A DNA stretch of 64,000 nt, taken from NCBI GenBank assembly GCA_010093605.1, contig MU004200.1:310001-374000 (forward strand). Reading direction: 5' to 3'. Source of the stretch: Lophium mytilinum (taxonomy: Eukaryota). The translations under genes and the position numbers were made by a program. Positions 60,801 to 64,000 of the stretch are shown one piece after another (the first letter of the stretch is position 1; each line of letters begins with the position of its first letter). The notes under the pieces were generated by a model. It was not told the origin of the DNA. It worked only from the letters and a program-made list of their open reading frames with translations, and did not search any database.

Positions 60801-62823
60801 CGGAATGATCGCGGACGGTTTCATGGAAAAGAAAGATCCGTTCATGATGTCTGTGCTCCACCTGTGGCGCTCCTACACCATAAAATATCTGAAGGAAAAG
60901 GCGAGGATAGTTGTTGAGGACGGTGCTTTCTTGCTTGGTTGTACTGATGAGACTGCGACCCTAAGGGGTCACCACAGCGAGTTCCAGGACCGGCATGATG
61001 CCACGAGGCAGCAAAAGCTGGATAGTCTTCCAGAGATTTTCTTGCAGATTTCCGATCAGGACAAGAAGGGAGCTTATAAAATCATTGAAGGTCTCTGCAT
61101 CCTGGCTAGAAACCCATCTCTTCATCCGGGAGATATTCGTATCGTCAGGGCCGTAGATGTTGCAGGACTTCGTCACTTGAAGAACGTAGTGGTACTTCCA
61201 CAGACTGGGGAACGCGACGTAGCCAACATGTGCTCTGGCGGAGATTTGGATGGGGACGATTATCTGGTCATTTGGAACCAGGATCTAATCCCAAAACTCA
61301 CTATCAACAGTCCGCCGATGGATTACGAGGCGGAGCCGACGAGGGAAGTTAGCGGCGATGTGACCATTGCCGAAGTCATTGAATTCTACATTCAATACAT
61401 GAAGAATGACAGCCTCGGGCAGATCGCGATCGCTCATCTCGCTACTGCGGACAGGAGCCCTCATGGCGTACTTGACGACAACTGTAAGTACCAAAGAAAT
61501 AGAATCGTCTCCGCCTTACTAACTAGCATAGGTTTGAAATTGGCAGCGCTACACTCTCGAGCGGTGGACTTCCCAAAAAGTGGAAATCCTGCGGTCATGG
61601 GCAAGCAGCTGAGACCCTTGATGTATCCCCATTTCATGGAGAGCAAATACCGTGCCAAAGACAGGATCTACACATCGAGAAAGATACTGGGACAGTTGTA
61701 CGACCAAGTCGAACGAGCGGACTTCACTCCATCATACGACAACCCGTTTGATAGACGGATTCTTGATGCCTATCAGTTGGACAAGGACACTCTCAGCAGC
61801 GCTGCAAGAATCAAGGAGCTTTACGATGCAGATATCCGTCGTGTTCAAGCTCAACATGGCATCAAGACCGAGTTTGAGGTGTGGACGACGTTTGTGATAG
61901 AGCACAATCTTGAGTCCAGAGATTATTCTTTCACGGAAGAACTGGGCCGAATTAGCAGCGGGCTAAAGAAGAAGTTCCAGGACTTGTGCATTGAAGCGGC
62001 CAAGGCAACCAGCATCAACGACACGAAGCTTAAACCATTCGTTGCTGCCATGTATAAGGTTACCGCCCAAGAGATGGCTGCGGCATTGGTGGAGTGTGAT
62101 AGCACCAAGCTTGTTGGGGGCCGCGAGGTGCCTGTGAGAGACAAGACAGTTCAGCACATGCCGCTCATGAGCTTCCCCTGGATCTTCGTGAACCAATTGG
62201 GAGCGATTGTCAATCCGACCGTCATTAGAGCAGTACCAGCACCGGCTCAAGGACCTCGTCACCGCACGAAGAAACCGCATTCTCTCCTCTCCGACCTCTA
62301 TACTACCCCAGGCGCGGTGCAGACTAAGGCTGGGATCGTTCAACCTGGAGAGATGCTGATGCTCTTCGACGATGAACTTGAGACTCATCCAAACGGATCC
62401 AATGACCCTAAAGCTGGTGAGCATGCGGCTAAGATTGAGCGAGGCACCCAGGGCCCAGCCCTAGAGATGCAGCAACCGACGAACGAGTGTGCACAGACTT
62501 ATAAAAAGGCAAGCCCGGTGGATCAGTCATCGGCAAGCCAGATTTTGGACAGTATCAACCAGTCTCAAGCGACCTCAGACGACACCAAGCCTATGGCCTT
62601 GCCGTCTACTTCCGGCACTACGGCTATTCCCATAGTAGTCGCAGATCAGGTCGAGCACACACTTCCTACGCCTGACCTGTCTGCCCCAACATCCCCAGAA
62701 ACAGCTCATTCTCCATCTGAAGGGGAGGATGAGGACGCGAATGAGGGCGAAGAGATATACATCGAGATGGATGATAAGCCCACGGCTTTGGAGGCTTTGA
62801 ACAACTTGTTCATTGAGGACTAG
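57855..62823 (+). CDS. RNA-dependent RNA polymerase of RNA silencing, SAD-1/Rdp1-like (introns 59368-59416 and 61484-61531)
   Basis: RFLRVKFTDE, FLAFGNSQFREHGAYFF, YAARLGQCFS, FTDGVGKIS, QFRLGGCKG, RNPSLHPGD, catalytic CSGGDLDGDDY and HSRAVDFPKSG, with an RRM-like segment upstream. The clade call comes from motif style, not a tree. Confidence 0.93.
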
Positions 62824-63844
62824 TGCGGCTGGTCTGGTACGGATAGGCCTTTGATCACAATTTTCCTCGCAGGCTGTCGATGAGTCCGGAATGGAAGTTT
62901 TTTTTTACGTTGCGGACGAGAGCTTATGGACAAAAGTGGTTCAGGCTTCTCAAAAGAGTCGAGTAACTTTATTGCTCATCTCGGACCTGAATGGCTATAG
63001 TTTCCTGCGATCACGAGCAACGAATCGGATGAAGTGGGTTTCTGATTTTGGAGACTGCAGGCATGGAATTATGGCAAAGCGTCTGAAATGAAGTCTAGAG
63101 AGCTTCATGCTTGATGCGTATCGACATTTGAGGTTCATGAGGAGCTTTCCGGTAGATAAAGACCTTCGAGGGATGCTAATCCCTTGAAGGTTATGAAAAA
63201 ATGATAGAAAAAAGTAGAAAAGCTGGGTCACCAATGCTTTGCTGTGAAGTCCGGGATCTTCCCTGAGAACATGCGAGAGAGAGACAAAGATGGTAGATCT
63301 GTAGATAGGATCGCTATGCTAAGCGGCCAGAATGCCTCGAGTGGACCATAGATAGTCATAGAGCATGAATTGAATACTCGTGAACAAACTCTTGGGATCC
63401 GGACCAGAGTAGAGTAGTATGCACATTAATGCTCTGATTGGTCGAATTCCGAGCACGTGATACTCACTCCAACTACTCTTTCTCTGTCCTTTTGTCTCCT
63501 CCTCTGCAACAGATTTGTGTACGCTCTTTCAATGCCGCCTGGAGTTTCACAAGTACCTCACAAGAACTTCAATCGAATCGTTTTGAGCGAATGGTTAAGT
63601 GGTCAGGGCGCCTCAGAATTTGCCATGAGGCTGCACCGAGGACAAATTTCTTCCCGTCAACTTGCCTGCCCGTTACTCCAATCACCCAAAGAGGAGCGAT
63701 TTCATACTTGACGCATCTTGAATTTCAGACCTTTGTCAGTCACTTTCCCGATAATACTGTGGATTGAGTATCTGATTAATTTTCGAGCACTACGCGCTCT
63801 CAAAAATATCTACTTTCATTCGTCCAACGTTTCTTCCACCCGAA

Positions 63845-64000
63845 ATGTCAACCTCCCGCATCCCACCAATCTTGGAGCAGTACACTCGAGCCCCAAGCGC
63901 GGGAGAGTTGGTACTGCTCACGAATGTGCTCGGCGCAGGGACGAACTGGCTTATTTCGCAGTTCTTGTGCGGTGCACTTGCGGAAGATCCAAGAAGGCGG
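63845..64000 (+). CDS. ELP6: Elongator subunit Elp6-like protein, 5' part (runs off the window)
   Basis: MSTSRIPPILEQYTRAPSAGELVLLTNVLGAGTNWLISQFL resembles fungal Elp6 N-termini. Confidence 0.65.
   Translation, partial: MSTSRIPPILEQYTRAPSAGELVLLTNVLGAGTNWLISQFLCGALAEDPRRR

Noticed and set aside
62875..62925. Hammerhead-like GATGAGTCCG…CGGACGAGAG downstream of the RdRP
   Set aside because: Core deviates (TCGATGA instead of CTGATGA, GAGA instead of GAAA) and no convincing stems I/III.
1..64000. tRNA, rRNA, CRISPR arrays, Starship captain or secondary-metabolite cluster
   Set aside because: No supporting motifs seen; the large element has TIRs, a TSD and a DDE transposase rather than a tyrosine recombinase.

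Overview
Filamentous-ascomycete genomic DNA; Dothideomycete-like by gene style and mutation pattern (inference). Bases 1247-21147 are one AT-rich, RIP-destroyed block. It resolves into a ~3.9-kb Mutator (MULE) DNA transposon with ~270-bp TIRs, an 8-bp TSD and a DDE/SWIM transposase on the minus strand. Two different full-length, self-priming Gypsy chromoviruses are nested inside it, one of them within a hairpin-containing intron of the transposase. The rest is gene-dense: F-box gene, AspE-like septin, hypothetical gene, REV3, SLU7, SLA2, palI, RPS4, HOM2, DLD1, an uncharacterised coiled-coil gene, a SAD-1-type RNA-dependent RNA polymerase and the start of ELP6. The most notable unexplained signals are four. 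(1) Two ~350-nt, highly structured introns in unrelated genes share a sequence/structure module, a candidate introner-like or structured-RNA intron family. (2) A ~50-bp motif is shared between the MULE and the Gypsy 3' UTRs. (3) A telomere-like array was probably created by RIP from an Asp-Pro codon repeat. (4) C-rich-to-G-rich skew flips recur in gene 3' ends. All motif reconstructions were done by eye; no searches or folding programs were run.
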